A program made the translations under genes and the position numbers. The notes beneath the pieces were generated by a model that saw only the letters and a list, made by a program, of their open reading frames with translations, was not told where the DNA came from and did not search any database. Of a stretch of DNA of 44,237 nucleotides, positions 41,822 to 44,237 are shown one piece after another (positions within the stretch are counted from its first letter, which is position 1; each line of letters begins with the position of its first letter). The DNA is from Stramenopiles sp. TOSAG23-2. Its lineage: Eukaryota. The stretch covers positions 1 to 44,237 of the forward strand of contig LT649293.1 in assembly GCA_900128395.1 (NCBI GenBank), in the 5' to 3' direction.

Positions 41822-43396
41822 TTACTTTTCGTATTTAATTTTAGAGTGTAAATCTAAATGTAACCAATCCTTCGTCAAACCAAGGTAAAATTTATATTCT
41901 TTTGCTTTTTTTTTGGCTCTTTCTGTACAAGTAATGTTTAATAGGAATGATTCATCGTATACATCTTGTTCTTTTTTTATAATAAAATTTCCAATATATG
42001 CATTGATTTGTTCCAGCAAATTGATCATATCAGTAACATTATTTATATTGTATCGTTTGATCATCTTTGTTTGGTGAATTTCATTTCTTATATAATCACG
42101 ATTTAAATGTGGTTTTCGGCATCGTTGAGTCGGTTTAAACATTTGTCTATATTTTCGACTTATATGATTAATTGATCCATCTATTATACCTTTATCTGAA
42201 GGAGCAATCACATCAGGCAAATCTATTTCTTGTACGCGTTCTGACTTATTCAATTCTAAAAACAAATCCTTCACTTCATCATTGGTATTGACTGGGAATA
42301 TTTCAAGCGTGAATTGAAAATCTGTTACTGAGGCATTTTTATCGTTTAAAATTTCCGAAGCGGCATAGACTCTATGTTGCCCATCAAAGATACCACGGTT
42401 TTGAGGGATATCAAATCGTGGTTGCTCGACACCTATAATTTCAAATACAGAGATGCAACCAGGGAAAACTAAATTGTTTTTTTTTACACGTACGATTTCT
42501 GCAATACGAGATTTATCACACGGTCTTTGAAGGTGCCAAATTGGGATATTATTAATTACACTTCTGGCAGATGCAAGGTATAACTTTTTAAAACCTAAAT
42601 CACATAAAAGTTTTCCATATATTGGATGATACTCGTCGTCGTCGTCGTTTAAATTTAATACACTTTTCATGTTGGTAATGATTTCGATACTTGACGCTTT
42701 TTTTCCAATATTATTATTGAACTCGTCCATTGAAAAGTTATTACTATTCTTATATGTATTATTATTATTATTATTATGAGTTCCAAAATCGCTGAAACAA
42801 CAGTCGTCATCATGATCCTCCTCGTCCTCCTCTTTGATATCTAAATTGAAAGGTACGATGGACAATTCCGAAGATCCTCGTCTACTAATAATAGAAATTT
42901 CATCCATTGAATGTGCTGAACCACTAGATAAACGATTAGATTGATCAACGTTACTACTATTTGGAAGATGTTCAATTGATTTCTTTTTTTCCTTTGTTTT
43001 TTTTTTCTTCAATTTCTTCTTCTTTCTGTTTTTTCTAGTAGTTATCATGGACGATGATTGATAATGTAAGTCAATGCCACAGTTTACCAATTGATGGAAA
43101 TTTTTGTCTTTCATCTCTCTCAACCGCTTTGATACCTCGACGTTGTAACTCAGTTGTCGTATACGTTCTTGCGCTTCTAGTCGAAACGGGGTAACACCTT
43201 TCTTTTTAGGGACGTAATAATTTTTGTCGTTTAGATAACTCTCTGTATGTGGGTAAATGATCTCATCTTTTGCTGCAAAACTAATTCTGCGATTTGACCT
43301 TCCATCATTGTTATTCCTCTTATTATTGTTTTTTTTACCTTCCTTTTTATCTCTGCTCATAAATAATGAATCTTTTTTGTATGTTGTTGAATTCAT
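41822..43396 (-). CDS. DGQHR-motif ParB/Srx-fold domain protein with disordered N-terminus
   Basis: LQR, FPGCI, IFDGQHRV and LFLELNK; likely start MNSTTYK at 43396. Confidence 0.75.
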   Translation of the reverse strand: MNSTTYKKDSLFMSRDKKEGKKNNNKRNNNDGRSNRRISFAAKDEIIYPHTESYLNDKNYYVPKKKGVTPFRLEAQERIRQLSYNVEVSKRLREMKDKNFHQLVNCGIDLHYQSSSMITTRKNRKKKKLKKKKTKEKKKSIEHLPNSSNVDQSNRLSSGSAHSMDEISIISRRGSSELSIVPFNLDIKEEDEEDHDDDCCFSDFGTHNNNNNNTYKNSNNFSMDEFNNNIGKKASSIEIITNMKSVLNLNDDDDEYHPIYGKLLCDLGFKKLYLASARSVINNIPIWHLQRPCDKSRIAEIVRVKKNNLVFPGCISVFEIIGVEQPRFDIPQNRGIFDGQHRVYAASEILNDKNASVTDFQFTLEIFPVNTNDEVKDLFLELNKSERVQEIDLPDVIAPSDKGIIDGSINHISRKYRQMFKPTQRCRKPHLNRDYIRNEIHQTKMIKRYNINNVTDMINLLEQINAYIGNFIIKKEQDVYDESFLLNITCTERAKKKAKEYKFYLGLTKDWLHLDLHSKIKYEK

Positions 43397-44237
43397 ATTT
43401 GATTGAAAAAAAAATAATAATAATATGTTAATTGTACCTACTGTTTTGTATATACATACAAATTGTCTTTGTCTTTTTTGTATATATACTACGTACTTGT
43501 GTTTTGCTGAAAGAGAATAATATTTGTATAATATTAATGTTGTTGTAGTGTTATAAATAAATATTAGTGGTGTCACTCTTTAGCACTTTGCCAGAAAACC
43601 TAAAGAAGACCTAATGCTATTTTAATACTATTTTTTATCTATCAAATTAAGTATAAAACTTTGTATTTTAATTTATAAAAACTCTGGACTTTACAAAAAA
43701 AAGCTGTGTAAAAAGTAACAGCCACAGCAGGACAGCCTGGTGTGATGACCTGATGGATGACCAGATGACAGCCTTTTTTTTCTCTCTGTTATTTATACCT
43801 GTATAATAGCTAGCTATTAATATTTATTAATACTGTATTACATTACGACCGCGGTATAATATTAATAATATTCGTCGCACGTGGTTTACGTTATAAAAAA
43901 ATAATAATATTATGATAAATAAATAATATTAGTCTAATAATAATAATATTATTATTATTACTCATATTATATTATTATTATATATATATATATATTTATT
44001 ATATATACATACGATAATATAAATCTATTATAAATGATATATTTTTTAATATATTATAAATTCATTATATTGTATACATAAATATAAGACGACTATCGTA
44101 TATACCAAATGGTATAGATGTACATACTACATATATTAGATCTATAATAATAATAATAAATAATATACGATAATTTATCCATATAACCACCATGCCACGT
44201 AAAGATAGTGCTATGTTGGCAGAAATTAAGTCTTGGG

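Noticed and set aside
43742-43753. C/D-box snoRNA (GTGATGA followed by CTGA)
   Set aside because: The boxes are nearly adjacent, leaving no room for a guide, and there is no terminal stem.

Overview
This is an AT-rich, gene-dense, intron-poor eukaryotic (protist-like) scaffold with about 18 protein genes and one 93-N gap. Recognisable genes are a sterol desaturase/fatty-acid hydroxylase, a TPR + PDK1-like kinase + CPPED1-like fusion, an aquaporin, DDX52/ROK1, a giant ankyrin protein with an embedded MetRS anticodon-binding domain, a TPR protein, an IQ/EF-hand giant, two head-to-head NPSN-like SNAREs, PPP4R1, MRG15/Eaf3, a degenerate UBA5/ThiF-like protein and a DGQHR (ParB-like) protein. The most striking non-coding signal is a ~260-295 bp element present twice (22046-22340, 31342-31605), each time between divergent genes. 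It consists of a tandem 21-mer followed by a 53-54 bp near-perfect hairpin whose between-copy differences mostly preserve pairing. Genes alternate strand almost perfectly, and the convergent spacers share degenerate motifs. Many short local duplications and one inverted 120-bp insertion break conserved genes and are probably assembly or amplification artefacts. All family assignments are from motif recognition by eye; no searches were run.
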